Source: an uncultured Chloroflexia bacterium
Lineage (GTDB): Bacteria > Chloroflexota > Dehalococcoidia > DSTF01 > WHTK01
DNA: 64,000 bases
Assembly: GCA_963731765.1 (NCBI GenBank)
Contig: CAVSWS010000020.1
Coordinates: 30,972 to 94,971 of the forward strand
Direction: 5' to 3'
This document shows positions 53,183 through 62,753 of this stretch, one piece after another; position 1 is the first letter of the stretch, and the number at the start of each line of letters is the position of its first letter. Position numbers and translations under genes: made by a program. The notes under the pieces were generated by a model that was given only the letters and a program-made list of their open reading frames with translations, ran no database searches and was not told the DNA's origin.

Positions 53183-54688
53183 TTATCCGGCCGACTGCCC
53201 CAGAACCAGCTCTATCGCGTCGCGAAGCGGGCCGATCTTGAACGGCTTCGAGAGGATCGGGTTGCTGACGCCCTGCAGGAAGCCGCGCGTCTCCGGGCTC
53301 ACCGTATCGCCCGTGATGAAGATGATCCGTCGTGCCTGGTCGAGGTCGTGTTCTTGCACGTGACGGAAGAACGCAGCGCCGTCCATGCCCGGCATCTTCA
53401 TGTCCGTCAGGATGATGTCGAAGCGCTCCCGGTCGATGAGGTCGGCCGCTTCGATGCCGGAGCTGGCGAGCGCGACCTCGTGCTGGTCAAGTCGCAGGAT
53501 GTCGTGCAGCAGGGCGCGGATGCTCCACTCGTCGTCGACCACGAGGATGCGCCGCCCGGTCACCGCCGCGGTTTGCGCACCGGACGAGGGGGCAGCGCCG
53601 GCGGTGGCCTTTGAGCCTTCGGTGCCCAGGGGCAGGTCGATGTGAAACACGGTGCCGGAGGCGTCGGGCCGGTCGAACGTCGGCAGTACGTTCTCGGTCC
53701 AGATGCGGCCGCCGTGCTCGTCGATGATGCTGTAGCAGATCGTCAGGCCCAGGCCGGTGCCTTCGCCCGCCTCCTTGGTTGTGAAGAAGGGGTCGAAGAT
53801 GCGACGGGCAATCTCGGCCGGGATGCCGGGGCCGTCGTCCGATATCGAGACGCGCACGCCGGTCTCGGTGCCACGCGTGACGACCGTGAGCTTGCCGCTG
53901 CCGTGAGCGTCCAGCATCGCCTGCTCGGCGTTCTTGATCACGTTGAACAGTACCTGCTGGATCTGGTCGGGGTCGGCCCAGACCGGTGACATGCGCGTGT
54001 CCAGTGTCATATCGAGGGAGATGCCGCGCGCCGTGAAGTCGTAGCTGCGCAACTCGAGCACCCGCTGCAGCAGGCCGTTGATGTCGGCCATCTCCTTGGA
54101 GGGCTTGCGGCGGCGTGCGAAGGAGAGGAGGTTTTGCACGATCTTCGCCGCGCGCTCTGCTTCGCCGTAAATCGTCTGGATGGGGCCGCGCACCGAGTCG
54201 TCCAGGTCTCGTGCCAGGAGGAGCTGCGAGAAGCCCATGACGCCCGTGAGGGGATTGTTGAGCTCGTGCGCGACGCCGGAGACGAGCTGGCCGACGCTCG
54301 CCATCTTCTCGGATTGCAGCAGGCGCTCCTGCAGCAGGCGCTCGTCCGTCTGGTCGCGGAGCAGGATCAGGCCGCCGTGCCCGTTGTTGCCGGCGACGAT
54401 GCCGATGTGCCGCGACTCCGGTACCTGCGTGATCACCTCGTCCTGCTGTGGTCCCGCCATGCCTGCCGCCTGCACGAGATCGCGTAGCACGTCCGGCAGG
54501 GGAGCGCCCGTCGCGCCGCCCAGGGTTTCGAGCAGCGACGCGCCGTGGTTGTTCTGGGGCCAGGCGATGCCGAGTGCATCGACGCGTACGACGCCGGAGC
54601 CGAGCAGACCGCTCAGGCGCAACAGCTCCGATTCAGGGACAGGGCTCTGGGGTGGAGACGTGAGAATCGGATCGGGGGACAGCGTCAT
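53183..54688 (-). CDS. hybrid sensor histidine kinase/response regulator
   Basis: HisKA 'VSGVAHELNNPLTGV', HATPase 'ISDDGPGIP...GTGLGLTICYSII' and C-terminal REC 'ILVVDDEWSIRALL...DIILTDMKMPGMDG'. Confidence 0.85.
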   Translation of the reverse strand: MTLSPDPILTSPPQSPVPESELLRLSGLLGSGVVRVDALGIAWPQNNHGASLLETLGGATGAPLPDVLRDLVQAAGMAGPQQDEVITQVPESRHIGIVAGNNGHGGLILLRDQTDERLLQERLLQSEKMASVGQLVSGVAHELNNPLTGVMGFSQLLLARDLDDSVRGPIQTIYGEAERAAKIVQNLLSFARRRKPSKEMADINGLLQRVLELRSYDFTARGISLDMTLDTRMSPVWADPDQIQQVLFNVIKNAEQAMLDAHGSGKLTVVTRGTETGVRVSISDDGPGIPAEIARRIFDPFFTTKEAGEGTGLGLTICYSIIDEHGGRIWTENVLPTFDRPDASGTVFHIDLPLGTEGSKATAGAAPSSGAQTAAVTGRRILVVDDEWSIRALLHDILRLDQHEVALASSGIEAADLIDRERFDIILTDMKMPGMDGAAFFRHVQEHDLDQARRIIFITGDTVSPETRGFLQGVSNPILSKPFKIGPLRDAIELVLGQSAG

Positions 54689-54847
54689 AGGACACTCCAG
54701 GCTCGAGTTTCGGTTCGCGCCCCCGCCGACGCTTGCCTCAATCTAGCACAGACGAGCGTCTGCACTCGACAAGATAGGGAAGCTCAAGCGCATGACGGGG
54801 CACATAGCGATCTGTATCATGATCCAATCTCACCGTAATTGCGGCTG

Positions 54848-56461
54848 ATGACAGCCCAATCGAATTCGAGGGCCTCTTTGGCAGTAGACGCCGGCCGTCA
54901 GGCGCCACCACCGACGTTCGACCAACCCCAGCTCACGCATCGGGAGATCATGGTCGTGTTCGCGGCCCTCATGCTCTGCATGCTCCTGGCAGCGCTCGAC
55001 CAGACCGTGCTCGCCACCGCAATGCCGACCATCGTGGGAGAGCTCGGCGGGCTCGACAAGCTCTCCTGGATCATCACGGCCTACCTGCTCGCCTCGACGG
55101 CCTCGATCCCGATCTACGGCAAGCTCGGTGATATGTACGGGCGCAAGATCCTCCTGCAGGTGGCGATTGGCGCTTTCGTGCTCGGTTCGATCACTGCCGG
55201 TATCTCGCAGGACATCAACCAGATCATCGGTGCGCGCGTGCTCCAGGGCCTGGGTGCCGGCGGACTGATGTCGACCTCGCAGGCCGTGATCGGCGATATT
55301 CTGTCGCCCCGCGAGCGTGGTCGCTACATCGGCTACATGGCGAGCGTGTTCGCATTCTCCAGCGTCGCCGGTCCGCTGATCGGTGGCTTCTTCACGGACG
55401 GCCCCGGCTGGCGATGGGTGTTCTACATCAACCTGCCGCTGGGCTTCCTGGCCTTCGCAGTGACGACGCGCTTCCTGAAGCTGGCAATCCGACGCACGAA
55501 GCACCGCATCGATTTCGTAGGCGCTGCGATGATGATCGTCGGCGTCAGCGCCATCCTGCTCGGCACGTCGTGGGGCGGCAGCGAGTACGCATGGGACTCG
55601 CCGGAGATCATCGGTCTGTTCGCGGGGGGCGGCGTGTTGCTCGTCGTCTTCGTGATGTGGGAGTCGCGCGCGGCGGAGCCGATACTGCCCCTGACATTGT
55701 TCAAGGACCCGACGTTCCGGGTGTGCGCCGTACTGGGCATGCTGGTGGCCATGGGCCTGTTCGGCGTTGTCGCCTTCATTCCGGTGTTCCTGCAGGTGGC
55801 GGAGGGCGTGAGCGCGACGGAGTCCGGCCTGCGTACGACGCCCATGATGGTCGGCATCGTGACCATGTCGATCATCTCCGGTCAGCTGATCGCGCGCACC
55901 GGTCGCTACCGGCTGTATCCCGTCTTCGGCACCATCGCAGTCGCGGTCGGCCTGTTCCTCCTATCGCGGCTCACCGATGAGGCGAACCTGACGTTGCTCT
56001 CGATTTGCCTGTTCGTTCTCGGCGCCGGTGTGGGGCTCGTTATGCAGGTGTCACTGCTGGCAGTGCAGAACGCCGTCGACTTCCAGCATATGGGCACTGC
56101 GACCGGCGGCGTCACGTTCTTCCGTACCATGGGCGGCGCGTTCGGCGTGGCGATCTTCGGCTCCATCCTCAACAACCGCCTGAATTACCATCTGCCGCGC
56201 CTTGTGCCCGAGGCCGACCTCAACGGCATCGATAGCCGGACGCTGGTCTCGAGTCCGGAGCAGCTCCTGGCGCTACCGCCTGAGGTGCTGGAGGGCGTGC
56301 GAGAAGCGTTCGGCAACTCACTGGGCACGGTGTTCCTGCTGGCAGTCCCGCTGGCCCTGCTGGCGTTCGCCATCTCCTGGTTCCTGCCCCACGTGGCGCT
56401 GCGGGAGCGACCGATGACGGGAGCGGCTGCTGAGGAAGCAGTCGTCGTCGTGGAGATCTAG
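54848..56461 (+). CDS. MFS transporter, DHA2 (EmrB/QacA) drug-efflux family
   Basis: 14-TM profile with 'LDQTVLATAMPTIVGELGG' and 'GARVLQGLGAGGLM' motifs. Confidence 0.85.
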   Translation: MTAQSNSRASLAVDAGRQAPPPTFDQPQLTHREIMVVFAALMLCMLLAALDQTVLATAMPTIVGELGGLDKLSWIITAYLLASTASIPIYGKLGDMYGRKILLQVAIGAFVLGSITAGISQDINQIIGARVLQGLGAGGLMSTSQAVIGDILSPRERGRYIGYMASVFAFSSVAGPLIGGFFTDGPGWRWVFYINLPLGFLAFAVTTRFLKLAIRRTKHRIDFVGAAMMIVGVSAILLGTSWGGSEYAWDSPEIIGLFAGGGVLLVVFVMWESRAAEPILPLTLFKDPTFRVCAVLGMLVAMGLFGVVAFIPVFLQVAEGVSATESGLRTTPMMVGIVTMSIISGQLIARTGRYRLYPVFGTIAVAVGLFLLSRLTDEANLTLLSICLFVLGAGVGLVMQVSLLAVQNAVDFQHMGTATGGVTFFRTMGGAFGVAIFGSILNNRLNYHLPRLVPEADLNGIDSRTLVSSPEQLLALPPEVLEGVREAFGNSLGTVFLLAVPLALLAFAISWFLPHVALRERPMTGAAAEEAVVVVEI

Positions 56462-56585
56462 GCCGGACCAAGTTCTAATCAGCCCGAGTTTCCGTCGAGT
56501 CTCGCTGCAAGCCTGAGCATTGAAAAATGCCCGACAAGGGAATACTCTCTGCCGCAAATAGATCAAGGTTGAGAGGCTACACAGA

Positions 56586-57974
56586 ATGCTGTCACCAGAA
56601 GACAACGAACTCGTAACGAACACGAACCGCGGCTCGCCGATGGGCGAGGTATTCCGCCGCTACTGGCTGCCGGTCGCGCTCGCGGAGGAGCTGCCGGGGC
56701 CGGATTGCGAGCCTCTGCGCGTGAGGATCCTTGGCGAGAACCTGATCGCCTTCCGTGACAGCGCCGGCAAGGTGGGCGTCGTCGATGCGTTTTGTCCCCA
56801 CCGCGGCGCGCCGATGTTCTTCGGCCGCAACGAGGAGCAGGGCCTGCGCTGCATCTACCACGGTTGGAAGTTCGACGTCACCGGCAAGTGCGTCGACCTG
56901 CCGAACACGCCCGAGGGCGACACGTACAAGGACAAGGTGCGCATCAAGGCGTATCCGGCGGTCGATGCGGGCGATCTGATCTGGGCCTACATGGGCCCGG
57001 CGGACAAGCAGCCTCCGTTCCCGGAGTTCGAATGGACGAAGCTGCCCAAGAGCCACCGCTACGTCACGAAGTTCGTGGAGCAGTGCAACTACCTGCAGGC
57101 CATGGAGGGTGACTACGACCCGAGCCACGCCCGATTCCTGCACAGCACGCTGCACCCGGCCGAGGTAGACGCGATCCGCGCCGCCGGCTCTCAGCAGCAC
57201 ATCTTCAACGCCCCGGTGCCGGAGAACGAGCCCTACCCGCTCGCCGTCGGTAACCGCCGCATCCGCGACAAGTCCGGCTACCTGCCGGGGCAGCGTGGTG
57301 GTGGCCTCGACGCCAAGCTGGAGGACTACGAGCACGCCATGCTCTCGGTCCAGACCACCGAGATGAGCGACGGCAAGGTGGCTGCGAGCGTGGGTGCGAC
57401 GTGGTGGATGCCGATCTTCTGCACCGCCGGCATCGCCTTCGATGGCCACTTCTCCAGCAACATGCGCATCCCGATCGACAACGAGAGCCTGATGTTCTAC
57501 CGCCTGCGCTGGAGCTGGGAGCCGATCACGGACGAGCAGCTGCACGAGTACAAGTTCGGCGGCTTCAGCCACCCGGAGGTGATCCCCGGTACCTGGATGC
57601 CCAAGGCGAACCTGCAGAACGACTACCTGGTCGACCGCGTGGCGCAGAAGACGTTCTCGTACTCCGGCATCAAGACGTTCCCGTTGCAGGACATCGCCCT
57701 CATCGAGGCGCAGTGGGGCCCGATCGCTGAACGCGAGAACGAGCACCTGGTGGCGGCCGACTACATGATCATCCACGTGCGTAACCGGCTGCTGAAGGCG
57801 GCGAAGGATATGCAGCGTGGCGTCGAGCCGGAAGGGCCGTTCCATCCGGAGGTATTCCGTATCCACCGCGAGGGCGCCATCGCCGAATCGGCTGAAGAAG
57901 CCGTGGCGCAGGCAAAAGCCAAGGCTTTGGCGGCGCAGATCCCGCAGCGCATGCCCGCGATAGCTACCGGGTAA
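56586..57974 (+). CDS. Rieske [2Fe-2S] non-heme iron oxygenase, alpha-subunit type (paralog of 51773-53089)
   Basis: 'CPHRGAPMFFGR...CIYHGWKF'. High identity to the upstream paralog across the first 150 aa. Confidence 0.85.
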   Translation: MLSPEDNELVTNTNRGSPMGEVFRRYWLPVALAEELPGPDCEPLRVRILGENLIAFRDSAGKVGVVDAFCPHRGAPMFFGRNEEQGLRCIYHGWKFDVTGKCVDLPNTPEGDTYKDKVRIKAYPAVDAGDLIWAYMGPADKQPPFPEFEWTKLPKSHRYVTKFVEQCNYLQAMEGDYDPSHARFLHSTLHPAEVDAIRAAGSQQHIFNAPVPENEPYPLAVGNRRIRDKSGYLPGQRGGGLDAKLEDYEHAMLSVQTTEMSDGKVAASVGATWWMPIFCTAGIAFDGHFSSNMRIPIDNESLMFYRLRWSWEPITDEQLHEYKFGGFSHPEVIPGTWMPKANLQNDYLVDRVAQKTFSYSGIKTFPLQDIALIEAQWGPIAERENEHLVAADYMIIHVRNRLLKAAKDMQRGVEPEGPFHPEVFRIHREGAIAESAEEAVAQAKAKALAAQIPQRMPAIATG

Positions 57975-57996
57975 GGTTCACCGCACGTAGACCCAA

Positions 57997-58036
57997 GCGA
58001 ACGGCCCTCCAAGCTGGAGGGCCGTTTCGCTTTGGG
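57997..58036 (+). terminator. rho-independent terminator after the second Rieske gene
   Basis: gcgaacggccctcc-aagc-tggagggccgtttcgc followed by tttggg. Confidence 0.5.
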
Positions 58037-58190
58037 ATGCTCAGCAGAAGACTGTCGTTGCGAGGCCCGACCTCAGGAGGGCCGTGGCAATCCTTCAGCG
58101 CTCCTTGCCTCTCAATGCTCCGGGTAAACGCAGTGATGGCGCCTTTCAAACCCTTGCTCCATACCTACTACAAATTGGACTATCTGGAGC

Positions 58191-58439
58191 GTGCCTTACT
58201 ACGTCTACATCCTTACCAACTTCACGAACAACGTGCTCTACACAGGTGTCACGAGCGATCTATGCCGCCGAACCTGGGAGCATCGCGAGAAGCTGGTCGA
58301 GGGCTTTACGAAGCGATACAACGTCTGGAAGCTGGTGTACTTCGAGGACACTGAGGATGCTTTGTCGGCGATAGCTCGAGAGAAGCAGATAAAGGCGGGG
58401 CCGAGGACGGACGGAGAGCGTGCGATCTCGCGATTGTAG
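58191..58439 (+). CDS. GIY-YIG nuclease family protein (COG2827-like)
   Basis: 'YYVYILTNFTNNVLYTGVTSDLCRRTWEHR' is the canonical GIY-YIG core. Confidence 0.8.
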   Translation: MPYYVYILTNFTNNVLYTGVTSDLCRRTWEHREKLVEGFTKRYNVWKLVYFEDTEDALSAIAREKQIKAGPRTDGERAISRL

Positions 58440-58633
58440 AGCTCGCGAGACTCCACTGATGGTCGAGATCCTACTTGGACCCGCATCCTGTGGAGGCTCG
58501 GAGGGCTGACAGGTTGCTACGGCCGCTCCTGGGCGGACCTGTTTCTGGCAAGCGTCATAGGACTCGAAAGTGCCACGCCTCGGAGTCGCTGCAACGATAC
58601 CAAGGAACTCAACACCAATCACTCACACACACA

Positions 58634-58670
58634 GAGAGGGCGCTCCGATTACGGAGCGCCCTCTCGTTTT
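58634..58670. terminator. hairpin terminator between the GIY-YIG gene and the tRNA pair
   Basis: gagagggcgctccg-atta-cggagcgccctctc with a T-run (gtttt) on the plus strand and a UG-rich tail on the minus strand. Confidence 0.5.
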
Positions 58671-58675
58671 GCGCT

Positions 58676-58749
<74 letters not shown>

Positions 58750-58756
58750 GGATATT

Positions 58757-58840
58757 GGTGCCGAGGAGGGGATTTGAACCCCTACGCCCGAAGGCACGGC
58801 CCCCTCAAGACCGCGTGTCTACCGATTCCACCACCTCGGC
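58757..58840 (-). tRNA. tRNA-Leu (anticodon GAG)
   Basis: Reverse complement GCCGAGGTGGTGGAATCGGTAGACACGCGGTCTTGAGGGGGCCG...GGGTTCAAATCCCCTCCTCGGCACCA. Long variable arm; anticodon loop TTGAGGG. Confidence 0.85.
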
Positions 58841-58933
58841 TGGATGGTGCGCTTTCGAAGCGGGCTTCAGACCCTCTGCCGTCTCGAAAAGGCTTTGCCA
58901 GACTACCAAATGAGGTATGTCTGCGCAATTTGA

Positions 58934-59584
58934 TCACCTGGGCGGCAGTATCGGCCGGTCCGCCGGGTGGAATAGCTGTGCCGGTCCGACACCGTCGCAG
59001 GGCAGGCCGAGGTGCGTGATGCCCGTGTCGTCCAGGAGCAGCGAGTAGCCGCCCGAGAGGATGATCAGGTATCGCAACGGCAGGGGCGACGCGAGACGGC
59101 CCTGCTGCACTTCGACGACGGCGTAGATGCCCTGCGACGCGACGTCCTGCTCGAACTGCGTCACCTGCGTCACGAGGCTGGCGCGGTCGCGGGCGAGGAA
59201 GGAGACGTCGCAGCCGCCCGCCGCGATGACGTCGACGGCAGAGCCCTCGGGGACGCCGGGCGGGCACGGGTTCGTGCCCTGGGTGCCCGACGGCGCGTTA
59301 TCGCATCGATAAGGGTGGAAGCTGAGCTGCGCGATCACCGCCTGCGGGTCGCCGCTCAGGACCGCCTCAATGGCCTTGTCGATGACGTCGATGCCGGTGC
59401 GGGTGTCGGGCGGGTAGGTGTTGACCGGCGTCGCGCTGGGCTGGGGCGCCCGGGTGGGGAACGGCGGCAGGGTCGGCGCCGCCGGTGCGGTGGCGGTCGG
59501 CGTCGATGACTCCCCGTTGCCTCCGCTGCACGCTGCCAGGAGCAGCGCGGGCAGGAGTAGCACGAGGAGCCATCGCTGCTTCAC
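58934..59584 (-). CDS. hypothetical lipoprotein
   Basis: Signal peptide plus lipobox 'LLAACSGG' and a Pro/Thr-rich linker. 216 aa. Confidence 0.5.
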   Translation of the reverse strand: MKQRWLLVLLLPALLLAACSGGNGESSTPTATAPAAPTLPPFPTRAPQPSATPVNTYPPDTRTGIDVIDKAIEAVLSGDPQAVIAQLSFHPYRCDNAPSGTQGTNPCPPGVPEGSAVDVIAAGGCDVSFLARDRASLVTQVTQFEQDVASQGIYAVVEVQQGRLASPLPLRYLIILSGGYSLLLDDTGITHLGLPCDGVGPAQLFHPADRPILPPR

Positions 59585-59604
59585 CGCGACATAATAGCGG
59601 CCGG

Positions 59605-60435
59605 CTAGCCTATGGGCGAGTCGGGGAAGTAGGCGTTGCAGGCCGCGATGCCGTTGTCGTAGCTCGAGTTGAACGCTTCGACGCGCTCGGCCGTGGTGCC
59701 GTGGTCGCGGGTGCGGCTCTCGCGCGAACCGATGAACTCCATCAGCGTCTCGATGTCGCCCAGGTCGTCATCGGTCTCGAGCCAGCCCTGGCCGTTGGCG
59801 TACTGGGCCCAGGCGCCGGAGACGCAGTCGGCCTGGTTCTCGAAGGCGATCTCGCTGGCCTGCGATCGGCCGTACTGCACGCCGAGGTTCGCCTGCAGGT
59901 GGTGGCCCCATTCGTGCGCCAGCGCGACGGCGGGCGCGGCGTCACCGGCCTGGTGGTAGAAGGCCCAGATCAGGTCCTGGCCGATGTAGATCGTCTGGTC
60001 GCCGGTGCAGTACTCGTAGGCCTCGCTGTCGGAGACGCCGCAGTAGGTGCGGGCGGCGCGACCGTCCGGGATGTAGACCACGTGCGGGTCGGCGAGGTCC
60101 GGGTAGGCCGTCTCGAAGTACTGCTGCACCATCGGGATGATGTCGGAGAGGTACTGGTCCATCTCGTTGAAGGTGAAGCAGCCCTCCAGGGAGCCGCCGC
60201 ACTTGTCGTTCGACACGGTCTGGGCCGGCACCGAGGTCGCGGTCGGCTCCGGCGTGGCCGTCGCGGTCGCCACGGCCGTGTTCGATGCCGTCGAAGGCGC
60301 GCCGGTCTCAGACGCCGGCACCGTCTCAGCGGCGCTCTGGGCATCGCCGGCATCGTCGCCGCCACCGAGCACCGCGCTGCCGCACGCCGCGGTCAGGCCG
60401 ACCGTCGTCAGGAGCGCCAGGGCAAACAGCTTCAT
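59605..60435 (-). CDS. lipoprotein, putative neutral zinc metallopeptidase (YpfJ/Zn_peptidase_2-like)
   Basis: Lipobox 'LTAACGS' and 'ALAHEWGHHLQ' (HExxH) motif. Start taken at the internal M (MKLFALALL). Confidence 0.7.
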   Translation of the reverse strand: MKLFALALLTTVGLTAACGSAVLGGGDDAGDAQSAAETVPASETGAPSTASNTAVATATATPEPTATSVPAQTVSNDKCGGSLEGCFTFNEMDQYLSDIIPMVQQYFETAYPDLADPHVVYIPDGRAARTYCGVSDSEAYEYCTGDQTIYIGQDLIWAFYHQAGDAAPAVALAHEWGHHLQANLGVQYGRSQASEIAFENQADCVSGAWAQYANGQGWLETDDDLGDIETLMEFIGSRESRTRDHGTTAERVEAFNSSYDNGIAACNAYFPDSPIG

Positions 60436-60479
60436 GTGTCCCACCTTCCTCATCTTCATCCCACCGATAGATCGAGGGT

Positions 60480-61990
60480 CTCATGCGGGGACGAGGGAGG
60501 TGCTAGGCAGGGCCTAAGCAAGTGTTATTTAGCTGTGAACGTTGGTTGGTGAGCTCTAGCATATGTGACAGGCTTGGGCTCGCCCACAACTCACCTCGGC
60601 ATCAGGCAGCGACTCAAATCAACGGTGGCCGGTGGCCAGGCTCTATCACCTGCACGTCTTTCCTTTGTTTTGGCAGGCCCCCAGCCAATGTTGGTCCTCC
60701 CATTAGGGTCAGTGCTTTATCCGGCTCAGGCGGCCTGTATTGGCTACAGCTGTCGCCAAGCATCGGTGAAATGCGCAGCTTCAAGAATCGCATTCGGCGA
60801 GGCATCATCAAAACGGGAGCAACCGCAGCACGGATTCGATGACGTGATTTTGATTCTATTGAATCAGTATTGAACGCAAGTGGCGCCGAAAATCTGTCTC
60901 TACTCTCCCTTTTCCATAAATGGAATCGTCGTAGAAGATAACGCGCATTCCTGCCACATCGAAGGGCAGATGCTGACTTCGTCTGGCAAGAAGAATAATC
61001 GGCTTGCCCATAGCGAATGCATAGCCGAGTTCGAAGTACACATTGGGATTGGGAGGAGTGATTTCTGCAACAATAACGCTGGCATCGTGAAGGTTCCGAA
61101 CAATGTCTTGGATAATAAATCCCGGTCCGGGAATTTCGTCTGCCCTAAGGAGTGAAAGGCCTTCGCTGGCCGCTATGGGTTGGAGTACGTCGCGGTATAA
61201 GGCTGTGAATGTTTCGTCAAAGCCATCGCGACGAACCCCGTTGGATTTACCGACTCAACTCTAAAGTCCTCGAACGTTACTGAACCGTGGCCTTGTGCCA
61301 TAACTCCAACTTGGGCGCCTGAAAATGATACCGCGGTCTGATATTCAAGCAGCTCTACGCCATCAACATATAGCCTGATTCGTTGCCCTCTGGTGATAAC
61401 CTTCAATTCGTATCGATGATCAAATCAAGATTCATTGCTGCACCTTCGGCCCGAAGATTAAGCCACCCCCTGATGCAGACCAAGATGAAACGCTGGCTAA
61501 ACTGGCCGAACCTCCGAGGCCGACTGATAAGAACCAGCGAAGAGCCAGATTCCAAGAGACCACGATGTGGGCCATCGCTTCCATCGCTGTGGGACAGTAG
61601 ATTGACCCTCCTCGGCGGAAGTCTCAATGAACTGAGAAGTCTGTCCCAATTGAGGCAAGGCTCCGGATGGTGACAGGGTCACAGCATGGTAATCTCGCCG
61701 TCTTTAAGAACAGCGTTAGTAAGAGCTAGAGCAAAGTTTGAGAGATCACCTGGAAAGACAAGCTTGTCGTCTCCTGGCTCCCAGGGGCCATAGATGCGCG
61801 TCCAGTTCGCAGGAACAGTCTACAGCCTACGCCTGCCCTAGTCAGCGTCCAGCTCGCGCGCCTACCCTTTGACCACTGCTCACGGTTCTGACGAGTCACG
61901 TAACGTCCATTCCCAATGCGACCATGAAAGCGACTCGGCCTTGTGCTTAGTTAGGGTATTGACAAGGTGCTGCCGAGCCTAGTAGCTACT
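60480..61990. other. low-GC (~42-50%) island with decayed gene fragments
   Basis: Base composition falls sharply relative to the ~68% GC flanks. The minus strand carries several protein-like fragments in different frames separated by stops. Confidence 0.6.
60856..61254 (-). pseudogene. remnant of a nucleoside 2-deoxyribosyltransferase-like / TIR-like domain protein (no start codon, N-terminus lost)
   Basis: The frame open between stops translates to '...ALYRDVLQPIAASEGLSLLRADEIPGPGFIIQDIVRNLHDASVIVAEITPPNPNVYFELGYAFAMGKPIILLARRSQHLPFDVAGMRVIFYDD...'. This carries the [FY]-E-[LI]-G-Y-A-x-A-x-GKP-[IV] NDT-like/TIR-like motif. An upstream ConA/LamG-like fragment ('RIRLYVDGVELLEYQ...GHGSVTFEDFRVE') lies in another frame. 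Confidence 0.5.
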
Positions 61991-62007
61991 GGCTAATGCA
62001 ATCAATG

Positions 62008-62039
62008 AAGAGGGGCGGTTCAACGAACCGCCCCTTCTT
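62008..62039 (-). terminator. rho-independent terminator of the ffh-rpsP-KH operon
   Basis: aagaggggcggttc-aacg-aaccgccccttctt followed on the minus strand by a U-rich tract (uucauugauug), 40 nt after the KH gene stop. Confidence 0.55.
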
Positions 62040-62077
62040 GGTGCTTACTGACTTGTGGCTTGAGCTTCGAGGCGCGC

Positions 62078-62308
62078 TCAGTCGCCGATGTCGAGGACGG
62101 CGCGGGTGTCTTCGCGGGCGGAGGCGACCTTCAGGAGGGCGCGGGTGGCCTCGGCGACGCGTCCGCCGCGGCCGATGACCTTGCCCATGTCGCCGTCAGC
62201 CACGTCCAGGTGCAGGACGTGACGGTGGCCGTCCCAGTCGTCCGTAACGACGACCTCGTCCGGGTTCTCCACCAGGGCGCGAGCTATGTACTCGACTAGC
62301 TCTTTCAT
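62078..62308 (-). CDS. KH domain RNA-binding protein (YlqC/UPF0109 family)
   Basis: 'LVEYIARALVENPDEVVVTDD...VADGDMGKVIGRGGRVAEATRALL' has the KH GxxG motif. It lies downstream of rpsP, as in the conserved operon. Confidence 0.8.
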   Translation of the reverse strand: MKELVEYIARALVENPDEVVVTDDWDGHRHVLHLDVADGDMGKVIGRGGRVAEATRALLKVASAREDTRAVLDIGD

Positions 62309-62734
62309 GCCTCTTCGGTGGTCTCTTCTGTCGGAGCTTCGGCCGCGGGCTCTTCAGCCGCAGCCGGTTCTTCCGCAGCCGGGGCTTCAGCGGCCGGTGC
62401 CTCTGCGACGGCGGTCGCGTGCGGGAGCAGCTGCAGCAGCCGGGCGGGCAGCCTGGGGCTCTTCCTTCGCCTTCGGGGGCGGGAAGACCAGCGGCTCCAT
62501 GATGCCGACGGTCGCGAACAGCTTGTGCATGCGCTCGGTCGGCTGGGCGCCCTTGGACAGCCAGGCGCGTGCCTTCTCCTCGTCGATGACGAAGGTGTTG
62601 GGCTCCGTGCGCGGGTTGTACTGGCCGATGATCTCGACGTACTTGCCGTCGCGCGGTGCGCGGGCGTCCGCGACAACTACTCGGTAGGTCGGCTGCTTCT
62701 TCTTGCCGACTCGTGCGAGCCTGATTTTTAGCAA
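62305..62734 (-). CDS. rpsP: 30S ribosomal protein S16 with Ala/Glu/Pro-rich C-terminal tail (one apparent frameshift inside the tail region)
   Basis: 'MLKIRLARVGKKKQPTYRVVVADARAPRDGKYVEIIGQYNP' is S16. The ORF-track frame stops at 62387, but a second frame continues as 'AEAPAAEAPAAEEPAAAEEPAAEAPTEETTEEA' to a stop at 62305 that overlaps the KH gene start (ATGA), so the true gene most likely ends at 62305. Confidence 0.8.
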
Positions 62735-62753
62735 TTCTTACTCCTCGTCTGGC

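Noticed and set aside
61959-61990. TTGACA-like -35 element on the plus strand inside the low-GC island
   Set aside because: There is no convincing -10 at the correct spacing. It points antisense into the KH/rpsP operon terminator and is likely fortuitous.
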